A DNA stretch of 64,000 nucleotides from the human T2T-CHM13v2.0 reference genome, Homo sapiens. The DNA lies in NCBI RefSeq assembly GCF_009914755.1, contig NC_060930.1; one strand, 5' to 3'. The translations under genes and the position numbers were made by a program. Below are positions 24,796-39,345 of the stretch, in pieces (position 1 is the stretch's first letter; each line of letters opens with the position of its first letter). A model generated the notes under the pieces. It was given only the letters and a program-made list of their open reading frames with translations, had not been told where the DNA came from and did no database searches.

Positions 24796-26261
24796 CACAA
24801 GCTCATACACAAACTAGCATATCAATAAAAATAACCTAATTCTTAATTTTGCATTAACAAACTTATTTTAATTATCTATATATCCATTTCACTTGATAAA
24901 CAGCTTTTAGATTCCAAAAGTTAAATATAATATTTTAAAGTAATAAATCATAAAAAATAACAATTTTTCATGTGGAGCTATGGATATATATCATATATTA
25001 AATCACGTGTGGTATGGGTATGTATATATGACTTAGATTTTATAATTTATATATTATATTGGAAATAATAGGAACAAAATTTGAACTAATTTAAATAGGA
25101 TAAACATCGTTTTCTTTTGTTCTGAAGTGAAAATATAGATCAGACCCTTTTCTTCAGTTCACTGTGGTTGCTTCAAATGGCTTGAAGCTACTGAGTTAAC
25201 AAAGTTAGACTTTCCTCAATTTTTTAATATATTAAAATAAAAGTCTCCTCCACTAAAACATTCACTAGAATTATCAAATCTTCACCAGCGAAGTTTAGTC
25301 ATTAGATAGATGGATGGGTTTCTACTCCTCCTATCATTTTTAATTGTCATGGAATTACATTTATCCTCCCTAAACCAGTACAATGTATGCTTTTCTTGGT
25401 TCAGTTGAAAGGGATGCATCCAAGGAAAGATAAGTTATTCCTTTATCACCAAAACATTTATTAAATGTCTATATTTTTAGGGGGCAGTGCTGAGTGTTAT
25501 AAATGGGAATTAATTAGGCTAAATTCCTGCCTGTATCTCTATTACAACAGAAGATAGACAACAACGATGCAGGAATTTTAAGGCCATTCATTCAACATGC
25601 GGGATGCGTTCAACATGGGGATGCAAACAGATAAGTTTTTACCATGAACATTTGCATCCTTGAGCACAGTATATTAGTGTACTGGGTGAAAAGGGTGATG
25701 CACACCATGTGATTAATTGCCACCCACCAAACATGGTAAGAAAGATCGCGGCCAAAATCCTATGACTTGACAGAGTGCTGTCCAAATGAAAGCATGATAA
25801 GAAGGGGTAGGCACAGTGGTTTTTTTTTTTAATCATCCATATCCAATCTCAGAAATTACTAACAGAAAGGGATTTCCAGCTTGCATCTGCTTTACACATT
25901 TTAAAAATCCTTTATCTGCTGTGGGGAAAAATGTTAAATAGGGAATAAAGTAGTTATTGACAAACATCACAGAGAAGCACACGAGAGTAGTGGATACTTC
26001 TCATACTCATAGAGATTTAAGCACATGCTTAGAGAATTATACACATTTTATATATTACATATACTCATCACACCAACATACTATTTACTTTACCTATACT
26101 CCCCATCTCTACATGGGAAGATCTTATTAATCTTACCACATCTCTATCTCAAACTCATTCCCTCTTCATCTTTTTCAGGACAATCAAATTAACATAAGTT
26201 GTGAATCATTTTGGTCTGGATAATTACAATAACCTCCTAGCCATTTTTTTTTGATTTCCCG

Positions 26262-27043
26262 TTATTGTATTTCATACAGTATTGCTTCTGAGCAAGAAAC
26301 TCACTTCAAAACAAAAGAAGTGCAAGAATGGGCTCATGCTCATGGATTTCACTGATTTCACCATGTTCCCCACCAATCTGAAGCAGCTGGCTTGATAGAA
26401 TGATGGAATGTTCTTTTGAAGACTGAATTACAGCACCAGCTAGGTAATAATACCTTTCAGGGCTGGAGCAAGATTCTCCAGAAGGCTCTGAATCAGTGTC
26501 ATTATGTGGTACTCTTTCTCTGATAGCCAGGATATATAGGTCTAGGAGTCAAAGAGTGGAAATGGGAGTGGCATCACTTACAATTACCTTTGGTGACCCA
26601 CTAGCAAAATTTTTGGTTCCTGTTTCTGCAGCTTTAATTTCTGTCAGCCTAGAGGTCTTAGTTCCACAGAAACAAATGCTTCTACCAGGAGACACAACAA
26701 TGATTTCATTGTGTTGGATGTTAAGACTGCCACCTGGCCATTTTGGGTTCCTCATGCCTTTGAGTCAACAGGCAAGAAGAAAGATGTGGTGTTGGCTGGG
26801 ATTATTAATCCTGATGACGAAGGGGAAATTGAACTAATCCTCCTCAATAAAGGTAAGGAAGAGTATGTCTGAAATCCAGAAGATTCCTTAGTGTGTCTCC
26901 TAGTATTAACATACCCTATAATTAAAGTCAATGGAAAACTATGACAATCCAATTCTGGCAGAACTGCAAATGGCCCAGACCTTTCAGGAATGAAGGGTTA
27001 AGTCACCCTATCAGGTAAAGAACCATCAACAGGTAAAGAACCA
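26262..27043 (+). mobile_element. LTR-less ERVL internal fragment (integrase C-terminus plus dUTPase)
   Basis: Colinear with 18060-18820; ORF 26496-26837 has LLPGDTTMISLCWMLRLPPGHFGFLMPLSQQA. Confidence 0.9.
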
Positions 27044-30000
27044 AAGTATATATATTTTTCTCCTTGTAGGGTAGAAAAAAAGACACCCCTTTGAACATGA
27101 TTTTCTTTGAACATTCATTAAGTATCAGTATATTACAAGCCAAAAAATTCCTTAGCCTTTATTTATTTCATTTGGCATCTAACCTCATTGTGACATAAAT
27201 TATGGTTTGACAGAAGATCCAACCAAGTTATTGTACGTTTTAGATAGGTATTTTAGGATAATGGTTCATAAAATAATCATTGGTATCAACTACTCTGAGC
27301 TGAGCATTTAAAAATTCTTGGTACAAAAGTTCTAAGTGATCATATCCATTCTGCACCTTAGGGGAAGTAATCACAAATTATATTTTGACAATGTATATGT
27401 TAGTCAGTATTTTTATTTTCCTGCTATTCAGAAGACTGAATATTCATAGAAATAAATATTTGTGATTATTAGAACCAAATGTAAAATGAACCAATGTTGT
27501 TTCTACATTTTTATGTTGAAAATAAACCAGATTTAATTTTCACCCTACGTGAGGTAGGAAAGAAGACACAAATCAATTTTTCGTTCTGAAATGAGACAAA
27601 GAGATTCTGGCATTTGTTAGGACTGTCTAAAAGGGAAAAAAAACCTAGATATTTGCTTTAATGGGATAATACTGTGTTTTCATATGTACCACAAAGCTAT
27701 TTCCATAGCTTTCAGTGGGGGCATATTGTTTTAATTGTTTCTATAGTGACTGCTATGGTTTTGTCTTGGTTCATTCACATTAAGTTGCCAAATCCCTATT
27801 TGTGTACATGCACTTGCACTTATAAATATATGCCTGGGATCTGTTAGTGACCTTCCACTGACCAACTCAGCACAAATATCTCTTATCTGAACATTTAGAG
27901 CAAAGTTTGGTAAACAGGGCAAAATTCTGGAGGGAAGACATAAATCAAAACTAAAGTAATAAGTTCAAAGACTTGAACTCTTGCTATATATTGTTTTTCA
28001 ATCTTGGGAGTCATTGAAATGATTACAGAGACCCAAACTATTTGAAATGCATGTCTAAAATCTAACCAGGATGCAACCACATTTGAGTAAAAGGCTATTA
28101 AAATGATGAAATCATTACATTGTATCCAAGGATAAAAGACATTGTAAATATTTAGTCTTTCACAGTCACAAACCACTTAAATGAATGAATATAGTCTATT
28201 CAATGGTTTATGGTTCCAATAGCCGCCAGGAAATATCAAATTCACATGCTGTCCCAGAACACAAGATTTAGCTTTTGGATTTTTAATTTAGCTAAAAGAT
28301 GTGTAAAAGCACACAATCATTCAGATCTCTATTGGCTCCACATCTATGTAAAATTATATACAAACAATGTTTAAGCTAGCATTGGCAATCACATTGGCTA
28401 ACTAACGAATGTAATTAATTGTATTTTTTTAATTTTAATTTTAATTTTTTTTTTTTTTTTAGGGAGAAACAGAAATAATGAAGGATGAAAATTTGGAGAG
28501 GCACTGTTTTTAGTAATAGTCTTACATATGAGGTAAGGCTTAAAGTTGCCAAAATGGAATCTGGAAATAAAAATCCATCAGCCTTATGTCTAAAGTAAAT
28601 CATAATTGTTCTGAAAATGATTAACGCTGGGTGACAGCCAATGCTCCTTTGATAAAATAGTACTTAGTCTGATTCTACAATTGAGTAGACAGGAAATGGC
28701 TCACCTTTTGGTAATGAATTAACTCTTTCATACAGGGCTATAGTAATTCCAAAACATAGGTTACAAAAATGGCTCAGATGCCAGGAAATTAAACAGAGTT
28801 TCCCAGGATAGCAGACAATTGTTTGTTTGTTTTTTCTATTTCAGTCTCACATTCCTCTAAGTTTTGCTTTTTCTTCTTATGAGCATATTTGGCAAACCAT
28901 GTACCTATTGTTCAAGGAGCTTCCTACAATTTCTTTGCTGATTTGACTGCATCAGAGTAGAAGTTAGTAAATAACAACATGACAGTACTATTCAGTGACT
29001 TTTTACTTTGCAAATTACACAAAATATTTTTAATAACTTTGTAATAAGGTGGGATCCAGGCAGATCAAATTCTCATAATTTGTCAAAGGTAGCCATTAAA
29101 ATTGTAATAGTTTATTGGAATTTCTTGATTCCTGGAGTGCAAAAAACTATTAAGCTGAGTCTCTGTCATCATATAGTGTATTTAAATGCTTCTTTTAGAC
29201 AATTCTTTGCATTCCACACCACACTTCCTGTATGCAATATTGCCAAGCTCAGGCTCTTTCTTCCCATGGGCATAACTTAAATGCATCTAGAAAATGATTT
29301 GAACTGTAGAGTGCATATCATTTTAAACTGGAGAGAAGAATAAAGCCTTGGAGACAGCACAGTATGTGGTTGTAGTAGTCCAAGGTAAAAATGACCTAAG
29401 TGTCAACGAGGGATTTGAATGCTAGACTAGCGTGGTTATTAATGGACAAATACTCTTTCCTCAACGAAGGAACTGCTTCTATTCCTTGTGGTTATGGGAA
29501 TAGGAAATGGAAAGAGACAACACTTTACTGGCAGACACATTACTGACCCTGCAGAGGCAGCAAGAAAAATGAGCAGAGAAAGCTTCAGAGAAGAGAGTCC
29601 TGCCAAGCAGAATAATTGCTGCAAGAAGTACAGGATTCCTTGGACATGGTGGTGACTGGGTTGGATAACCACCTATCAGAGTAGAATGGATCAACCAAAG
29701 GGTTGTTGAATCAAATCATCCTAGAATGTTGAAATCACTGGGAAAGAAGCAAAGGCATCCTGATTCCTGTCATTTCTGAGTCATGGGTATTTGAGGGAGC
29801 CAACCTCTCACTGCACTTGGGATACACATTGACAGCGATTTGCTAGCCATAAATCTGGCATGATCTTGAATTCAAATATTCATTCTGTAATCAGAAAATG
29901 TCTTGATGTTTTGCTTTCATAAGTATGGCTATGAAAATAATATATTAATAAAATGCAGTTTTTAGACCAGTATAATTCTTCAAGACAGTGCCTAAAATAA

Positions 30001-30429
30001 ATAAAATGGTTAGGAGGTTTTTAAATTACAGATTTTAGCAAATATATTTAAGTTAGAAAAAAACAAATATTAAACGTATGTTTTTAGATTTAATATTTAG
30101 TTTATTTCTCATCTCAACTTTGCTTACTTATAACAGTAACCAAATTTTATGAAAAAAACATATTTGGAACTAGGTTCAATACAATCTAATGCATAAAAGA
30201 CATGAAGGAGAAATAAATAGTGGAAGAACATAAATAAAAATAATTAAATAAGAAAGCAAGCCATGCTATTGCAGGCTAAATAATACCTAGAGATGGTCCC
30301 CCCTTAAAAAAGGATACTTTGTTTTTCCTCCTCTCTCTTTCATTATGATATAGGGAATCTAGAGCATAGTTTACTCTGGAAACAAAGACAAAATTAAAGG
30401 AGTCAGACAGAGGGAAAACCAGTACTCAC

Positions 30430-30467
30430 CTCTGCTACTTTGAACTTGAGAGATAAGTGGAAAGTTT
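30430..30467 (-). other. Candidate 38-nt micro-exon
   Basis: Minus strand CATCTTTTTTCAG|AAAC...AGCAGAG|GTGAGTA, near-consensus acceptor and donor in non-repeat DNA; no transcript evidence. Confidence 0.3.
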
Positions 30468-31659
30468 CTGAAAAAAGATGACTTTTATAGAACTGTGTTT
30501 TTGAGGTGCTTAAAATTCTTTCACTAGTGATGCATTCTTCCACTTGTGATATATTATTAAATTCTAGAACAGAAATTTATCAAGGCTTTTTGGGTCCTCA
30601 AGAAACAATTTATATAAATGAAACTGCCCCTGGAAGGATCATAACATAATCAGCAGACACTTGGCCAGTTTTCTTTATAATAATGTTAGAAAATCTTTGC
30701 TTGCTGGTAAGAAAAAATAAGATAGTCTTCTAAGAAGCTGTGACTAAAGGAAATTAGGTACCTGAATTGGGAAGAAATGAAAATAGAAAGGTATCAGAGA
30801 TGGGCTTTCCCTGGATCTATGCCTTTTCTGCAGTTTGCTTCACTCTACGTACAAAGGGGTCCAGCTCTAGCTGTTCTTCCCTAATGATATTATTGGCAGT
30901 CAGCTGAATGTCTGCACAGAGAATGTCACAGTCACGGCAGGATTTTTTCTGTATTGAAAAAGCAGAAACCAACTTCTTGGCACTCCATCAGAAGAGATGT
31001 GATTTCCTAACTAAAGCAGAATGCTCAATCAGAACAGTTTTTGGAACTTTTCCCTCTGCCATGGAACCTGGTGAATGGTTTGTGTTTTTCCAAAATTACT
31101 TGAAATTTAGCTGCTAGGAGGCTGTGCCGACCGTTCCAATTTTTCTTTCAATTTTGCATTTTATTGGATGCTTCCCTCAAGTCTTCCAGCATAGTTCAGT
31201 CATTAGTCAGAGCTGGAAGATTTATTATTTACTTTGACAGTCACCAGCCTATTTTGTCAAACCATACACATTACTGCTCCATTTGACAGGTGTTACTCTT
31301 AAAATCCTTCAGTTTATTTTCCCCCTTTGTGTGAGGCTTCTATGTCTACTGTCTTGTTTACTTTCCCAAAGGAAGCACAATATGTTTTCTGGTTGATAAA
31401 AGCTTGGTTTTGTTGCTACTTTTCAGTGACAGATTAAGCAGCCATTGGTCAAAAACTTTTTTCTTGATTTAATCTAAATTTTGGTGACGTGCTTACACTA
31501 GGAACCATTAGGAAATAAAATAAAACAAAAGAAAGAATAGTGAATTCAGTGTAAGTAGAGGCAGAAAAACATTGCCATTTTACCTGCAATGTACATATTG
31601 CAGGGTATATCAAAGTTAGAATTTCTTTACTCTAAAAGAGCTCTAAGGTTAATGTATAT

Positions 31660-32776
<1,117 letters not shown>

Positions 32777-32859
32777 TGCTTTATGTTTCTTATGGGAATG
32801 TTTCATTGTCTGTCAGGAAGGAAAACAAATATTTAATAAATTAATTGTTGTTAGTCCCC

Positions 32860-33382
32860 TTCTGTTTCTTAGCTATACTGTGCAACACACTACTTTAATA
32901 CTTAGTGGCTTAAAATGCAACCAGCTTATTAGTCATGATTCTGTTTTCCAAGAATGAGAGCAAGGCTTGTCAGGGATGGCTCGTCTGTGCTCTGTGATCT
33001 TGGCTGCATTCACTCATTCAGGTGATAGTTGGGGTAGAGGATCAAAGGTGACCTTACTCACATGTCAGGAACCATGGTGCTGGGCTGCTGCTGGGGTCCT
33101 TTTATTCACATGGCCACTTTCTCCAAGTGGATAGCCTAGACTTCTTTTCTAGAAGCCTTAGGATAGCAAAAGAATGAAATAATCAGCGGCTATGTCTCTT
33201 AAAGTCTAGGCCCTGAACAAGGACAATTTCACTTCCACCACATGGTTAAATCAAATCTAAAGTCAATCCAGATTGAAGGAGAAGATAAATAAATTCCGTT
33301 TTTTTTTTTAACATGAGGAGTAGCATGTACCTACAGGCAAGGGAGGGATTGTTACAGCCATTTTTGCTAGCTATTCCCCATA
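32860..33382 (-). mobile_element. MLT1G/H-type MaLR solo LTR
   Basis: acttagtggcttaaaa...catgattctg...gggatggctcgtctgtgctc...actcacatgtc...cagccatttttg. Confidence 0.75.
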
Positions 33383-33516
33383 CTCTCTAGAATTCAAACT
33401 GCTCAAGGACATAATCTAGTTGTTTGGAATCAAGAATATAGTTGCTCATTTATTGACTTTTCATCGTGTCCACATTGAAGGACAATTAAGTACCATATTC
33501 ACATCTCCAGTCCTGA

Positions 33517-33705
33517 TTTATTTTTTACTGTGACAGGTTCTTGCTCTGTCTCTCAGGCTGGAGTGCAGTGGCACAATCCTGACTCACTGCAACTTCAACC
33601 TCCTAGGCTCAAGCCATCCTTCACCACAACCTCCCAAGAAGCTGGGAAGCTGAGAGAGAATACAGGCGTGTGCCACCATACTTGGCTAATTTAAATTCTT
33701 TTTCT

Positions 33706-33737
<32 letters not shown>

Positions 33738-33880
33738 CTTTTTTTCTTTTTTTTTTTTTTTTGAGAGACAGGGTCTCACTGTGTTGCCTAGGCTGGTCTC
33801 AAATTCTTGGGTTCAAGTGATTCTCCCACCTTGGTCTCTCAAAGTACTGGAACTACATGCATGAGCCACCGTGGTTGGCC
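33517..33880 (-). mobile_element. AluJ with expanded central A-rich linker
   Basis: J-type arms; about 65 nt T/C tract at 33697-33762 between the monomers. Confidence 0.92.
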
Positions 33881-34084
33881 CTCAATATATTTTTAAATTG
33901 GAATTTTAAAAAATGGTCTCTGTTTATTGGACATTTATATTTATATGCCCTAGCATTGCTTCAGAAACAATAACAATAAATTCATCTTTCCTCCTATTTT
34001 ATTTTTTTCTCCCAATTTTTCTACTCTGTAAATGGTATTCTTTAAGACTTATATCATCACCAAGGATTTAAAATGTGAAGTTAC

Positions 34085-34120
34085 TTTTCTCTCTCTCTCT
34101 CTCTGTCTCTCTCTGTCTCT
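34085..34120. repeat. (TC)n microsatellite
   Basis: Read directly. Confidence 0.85.
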
Positions 34121-34127
34121 TGTTTTT

Positions 34128-34340
34128 GCAATCAGATGGACCCAAAATCATATTTGAAAATTGGTTCTACTATGTACTGACAATGTGGAATTGAGCAAAT
34201 CACTTAACCTTTCTGATCCTGTTTATTCTTCATTTAAAATTGATATGATATCCTCATCTCAGGGTTGTTTCAGAAATTAGTTAAAAGAAAACTTTGTAGA
34301 CAGCCTGAATAAGATATTAAGCACTCACTAAATGTAAATT
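34128..34340 (+). mobile_element. MIR
   Basis: ttgagcaaatcacttaacctttctgatcctgtttattcttcatttaaaat. Confidence 0.7.
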
Positions 34341-35154
34341 TCCAACTTTAGAAAGTTTTTTCTAGTGATTATATTATCCATGTGCTATTATTAACATTTT
34401 ATGTATATACTATGTTTTTACAACAAAAGAGTAAACTCCTTGAAGACAATGACTCCAGAATTCTTAGGGTAGGGTCCTACATACTTAGAATTTGGAGCAT
34501 GATAAGCTCTGTCAAATGAGTCACACTAACATCAATTAAAAAGCATGAACACCATTTTGTGGGGGAGAGTAAACATAAACTCACTGCTTTGTTGAAAATT
34601 AGGCAATGTATATTGTCATTTTTATCGTTGTTAGTTTGCATTCTACATTATGCTGTGTTCTCTATAAAGCAAATTCTGTTTTAAAAGAAAAGTCTGTAAG
34701 GAAATAAGAGGCCTGGTGTAAAGGGAACTACTGATTTTGACAGTCAGAGGGGAGTTTTTAAGACCTACTACCAGATGTTGGAGTGATTTTGGTAATCACA
34801 TCCCTTTTAGTTTTGCATGAAGATCTTTATACCTCCTTTTTAAAAGTTCAATAATATTGCAGCAATACATTTTTTAAGCAAATATATTTTAGAGACCAAA
34901 TGTTTTTTTTTCTCTCTGAAATATGATTATTTCAATTACTAGTAGCAACAATTAATCACTGACTGATTCATCAGCCTGCAGCTGGGATTATAGAGCTGAC
35001 TTCCTTTTTTTATTCCTGTTCTACTCTGCTCAGCAGGGATTGAGTGATAGCAAACTAATAACCTTTCCCTACCCTTAGTACTTTTTCTTAATACTATCAA
35101 AGAAGAAAATTTTAAATATTTTCCCAAAGTTCATTTTTACCCCACACAACTCAT

Positions 35155-36011
35155 TTTTGTTAAGCTTTACTAAGATATACTTGACAAATATTTTATATAT
35201 GTATATAACAATGTAATGTTTTGATATACATATACATTATCAAATAATTTCCATAATCAAGCTAATTAACATATCCATCTACTTATGATGTAGTGAATTT
35301 CAAGTATACATTACTATTAACCTTAGTCATCATGCTGTACATTAGGATCCAGAAATCATTTATCTTATCATTGCAATTGTATACTTTTTGTAACTGTATA
35401 TCCCCATTATCCCCATTTCCCCCACCTCAATCACCATTTTGCAATTATATATCCCCAATATATTCCCATTTCCCCCACCTGAATCCCTGGTACCCAACCT
35501 TCTACTCTGTTTTTATAAGTTCAACTTTTTTAGATTCCACATATAAGTGAAATCATGCAGTATTTGTTTTTCTGTGTCTAACGTATTTCACTTAGCATAA
35601 TGTCTTCCAGGTTCATCCATGTTGTTGCAAATGACAGAATTTCTTTCTCTTTCAATGCTGAGTAATATTTCATTGTATGTATATATTTTGTACATATACA
35701 CACACACACTAAAATGTCTTCATTCATTAATTGACGGACACTTAGGTCATTATCATATCTTGGCTATTGTAAACAATGCTGCAAGAAACATGAGCATGCA
35801 GAGATCTCTTTCAGATAGTGATTTTATTTCCTCTGAGTATATGCACAGAATTGCTGGGTCATGTGGTATTTCTACCTTTATTTTTTTGAAAAACCTCCAT
35901 ACTGTTTTGCATAATGTTTTTACTAGTGTATATTCCTCTCAATAATATATGAGTTTCCTTTTCTCCACATTCTCACTGTACTTATCTTTTGACTTTTCAG
36001 TAATAGCCATT
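35155..36011 (-). mobile_element. L1MA8/9 3' end
   Basis: aatcaagctaattaacatatccatc, ttagattccacatataagtgaaatcatgcagtatttg. Confidence 0.88.
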
Positions 36012-38504
36012 GGCAGTGGAGCAAGATGGTGGAACAGAAGCTTACAACCTTTATCTCCCTGTAGGAACACAAAATTCTAACAACTATCTAAACAGTAAAG
36101 TCACAAGAACTAAAAATCAGGTAGGCCATCACAGTACTTTGTTTTAACTTGACATTGCTGAAAGAGAGGCATTGAAGAGGGTAGGAGAGACAGTCTTAAA
36201 TTGCCAACATCATGCCTTCCCCATCTCCTTGCATGGTCCTGTGGGGCAAAAAGAGTCTGTCTCCTTTAGTGAGAAAGAGGGCAGTGATTGGGGGACTTTA
36301 CACTGAACTTCACACTGCCCTGTCACAGCAGAGAGAAAAGACATGCTGGGCTTAGCCAGTTCCCAGGTATGAAAGGAGCCCTAGACTGGCCCTAGACAGA
36401 GGGGAATTCCCCATTCTAGTGGTTGAAACATGAGTGTATTGGCAAGCCTTGCGAATGGAGGCCAAAGTTCTCTGGTGTCCTAGGTAAACCAGAAAGGCAG
36501 TGTAGGAAACAAGGACTGCAATTCCTAGGCAACTCCTAGTTCTGGGTTGGGCTCAGAGCCAGAGGACTAGGGTGGCACATGATCTAGTAAAACAACAGCT
36601 GGGGCAGCCAAAGGAATACTTGTGACACCCTTTCCCCAAATCCAGGCAGCACAACTGACAGCAATGAAAGTGACTCTTTCCTTCTGCTTGAGGAGAGGAC
36701 AGTAAAGAGTAGAGAGGACTTTGCCTTGCATCTTGCATACCAGCTCAGCCACAATAGAATAGGGCACTGGGCAGAGTTGTGAGGTCCCCATTCCAGACTC
36801 TAGATCCCAGACAACATTTCTAGACACACCCCAAACCAAAAGGGAATCTGCTGCCTTGAAGAGTAGGACCCAGTCCTGTCAGGATTCATCACCTACTGAT
36901 TAAAGACCCCTTTAATCAGTAGGTCCTGAACAACCAGCAGGGATACCCAGGTAGTACACAATGGGCCTTGGGCTGTGAGACATGTTGGCTTCAGGTGGGA
37001 CACACCACATTCCTAGCTGTTGTGGCTACAGTGAAAGACTCCTTCTGTTTGATAAAAGCAGAGGGAAAAGTCAAGGGGTCTTGTCTTGCACCTTAGCCAC
37101 AGTGGGATAGAGCAACAAGCAGGCTCTTGGGGTCCCTAAGTCCAGGTTTAGACTCTCAGTCAGGTTTGTGAACCTTCCCTGGGCCAGAAGGCTAAGTCCC
37201 AGGCCTGGTAGCATTCACCACAAGCTGACTGAAGAGCCCTTAGGACTTTAAGTGAGCATCGGCAGTGACCTGGCAGAATCGCCTATGGGCCAGTGTTGGC
37301 AGTGGCCACAGAGAAAGGCTCCTCTGCCTATGGAAAGGGGAGGGAAGAGCAGGACAGACTTTGTGTTGTGGTTTGAGTGTCAGCTTAGCTGCAGTAGAAT
37401 AGAACATTAGGTAAATTTCTAAGATTTTTGACTTCAAACCCTGGCTCCCAGACAGAATCTCTGGACCCACCTGGGACCTGGGGAAACTCACTGCCCAGAA
37501 AGGAAGGACAGAAATGAGGCTGGCTTCACCACTTGCCAATTGTAGAGCCCTAGATTCCTGACTGAACATAGGTGGTAGTCAGGTAGAGTTTACAATGGGC
37601 CTTCAGTGAGATTGAGTGCTGTGTTGGCTTTGGGTCTGACCCAGTCTAGTCTCAGCGGTGGTGAACACAGAGGTGCTTGCATCACCACAACCCAGTTTCA
37701 GGTGGCTCACCACACACACACACACACAGACTTTGTTTGGGAGAAAGTAAGTTAAGAGAACAGAGTCTCTGCCTGGTAATCCAGAGAATTCTTCTAAATC
37801 TTATCCGAAAACTATCAAGGAAGTACCTCTACTAGTCTGCAGGAACCACAGCATTGTTGGACTTGGGGACCAAATCCTTTCAAATACTTGGAAAATCTTC
37901 CCAAGAAGGACAAGCACAAACAAGCCTAGTTTGCAAAAACTACAATAAATATCTAACTCTTTAATGGCCAGACACCAACAAACATCTGCAAGCAACAAGA
38001 CCATCCAAGAGAATATGACCACAACAAATGAACAAATTAAGGTACCAGGGTCAATTCTGGAGAAACAGGATTTTTCTGAACTCCTGGAGGTCACAGAGAT
38101 ATGTGACCATTCAGACAGAGGATTTAAAATAGCTGTTTTAAGGAAAATCAAAGAAGTTCAAGATAACACAGAGAAGGAATTCACAATTCTATCAGATAAA
38201 TTTAACAAATACATTGAAATAATTAAAAAGAAGTAAAAATTCTGGAGTTGAAAAATGCAGTTGACATATTGAAGAATGTCAGTTGTCAGAGCCTCTCAAT
38301 AGCAGGAGAAAGAATTAATGAGCTTAAAGACAGGCTATTTAAGACACAATCAGAATAGACAAAAGAAAAAAGAACAAAAATCAATGAAGAAGGCCTATGA
38401 CATCTAGAAAATAGCCTCAAAAGGGCAAATCTAAAACTTGTTGGCCTTAAACAGGAGGTGGAGAAAGTGATAGAGGTAGAAAGTTTATTCAAAAGAATAA
38501 TATC

Positions 38505-38732
38505 TTTTTTAAGAAAGCCTGTTATGTCTGTAGTCTGAAACTCTAGATAATTGCATTCTTAAAAAACACACATTCATAACAATTGTACAATGTAACTTTC
38601 TATTTCATTCTAAAGCTTAAAAGCCAGAAGACGCATTTCTCAAATTTTCAAATGACATTCCAAAATTACATAGTCTTTGCATATTTTATCTCATTTGACA
38701 ATAAAAGAGCAACAAAAGTAAAAAAAAGAAAA
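38505..38732 (+). pseudogene. Short retroposed non-L1 insert within L1 ORF1
   Basis: Interrupts ...ttcaaaagaataa|cagaaaacttcccaaacc; AATAAA at 38700-38705, A-rich tail, approximate TSD aaaagaataatatc / aaaacaatatatc. Confidence 0.6.
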
Positions 38733-39125
38733 CAATATATCATCAGAAAACTTCCCAAACCTAGAGAAAGATATCAACATTCAAATACAAGAAGGTTATA
38801 GAACACCAACCAGATTTTAACCAAAGAAGACTACCTCAAGGCATTTAAAAATCAAACTCCTGAAGGTCAAGCATGAAGAAAGGGTCTTAAAAGCAGCAAC
38901 GAAAAAGAAACAAATAACATACAATGGAGCTCCAATACATCTGGCATCAGACTTTTCAGTAGAAACTTTACAGACCAGAAGATAGTGGCATGACATATTT
39001 AGTGTACTGAGTTAAAACAAACAAATAAACAGAAACTTTTACCCTAGAATAGCATATCTGGGGAAATATCCTTTAAACATGAAGGAGAAATAAAGACCTT
39101 CCCAGACAAACCAAACCTGAGGGAC

Positions 39126-39345
39126 TTCATCAACACAAGACCTGTCCTACAAGAAAAGCTACAGGGAATTATTCAATCTGAAAGAAAATAATGTTAATGA
39201 GCAAGATGAAATCATCTGAAGATATAAAATTTGCTGGAGTTTCATCAACACAAGACCTATCCTATAAGAAAAGCTACAGGGAATTATTCAATCTGAAAGA
39301 AAATAATGTTAATGAGCAAGATGAAATCATCTGAAGATATAAAAT
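39126..39345 (+). repeat. 105-bp direct duplication (39126-39230 and 39241-39345)
   Basis: Copies differ at 2 positions (cctgtcctac vs cctatcctat); 10-nt spacer. Confidence 0.95.

Noticed and set aside
26262-27043. Recent segmental duplication of the neighbouring HERV-L
   Set aside because: It is substantially diverged and keeps sequence that the neighbour has lost.
28695-28712. Minus-strand donor AAG|GTGAGC
   Set aside because: I found no convincing acceptor at exon distance.
31182-31220. 9-bp hairpin TCTTCCAGC...GCTGGAAGA as a pre-miRNA or terminator
   Set aside because: The stem is too short; a few such stems are expected by chance in 64 kb.
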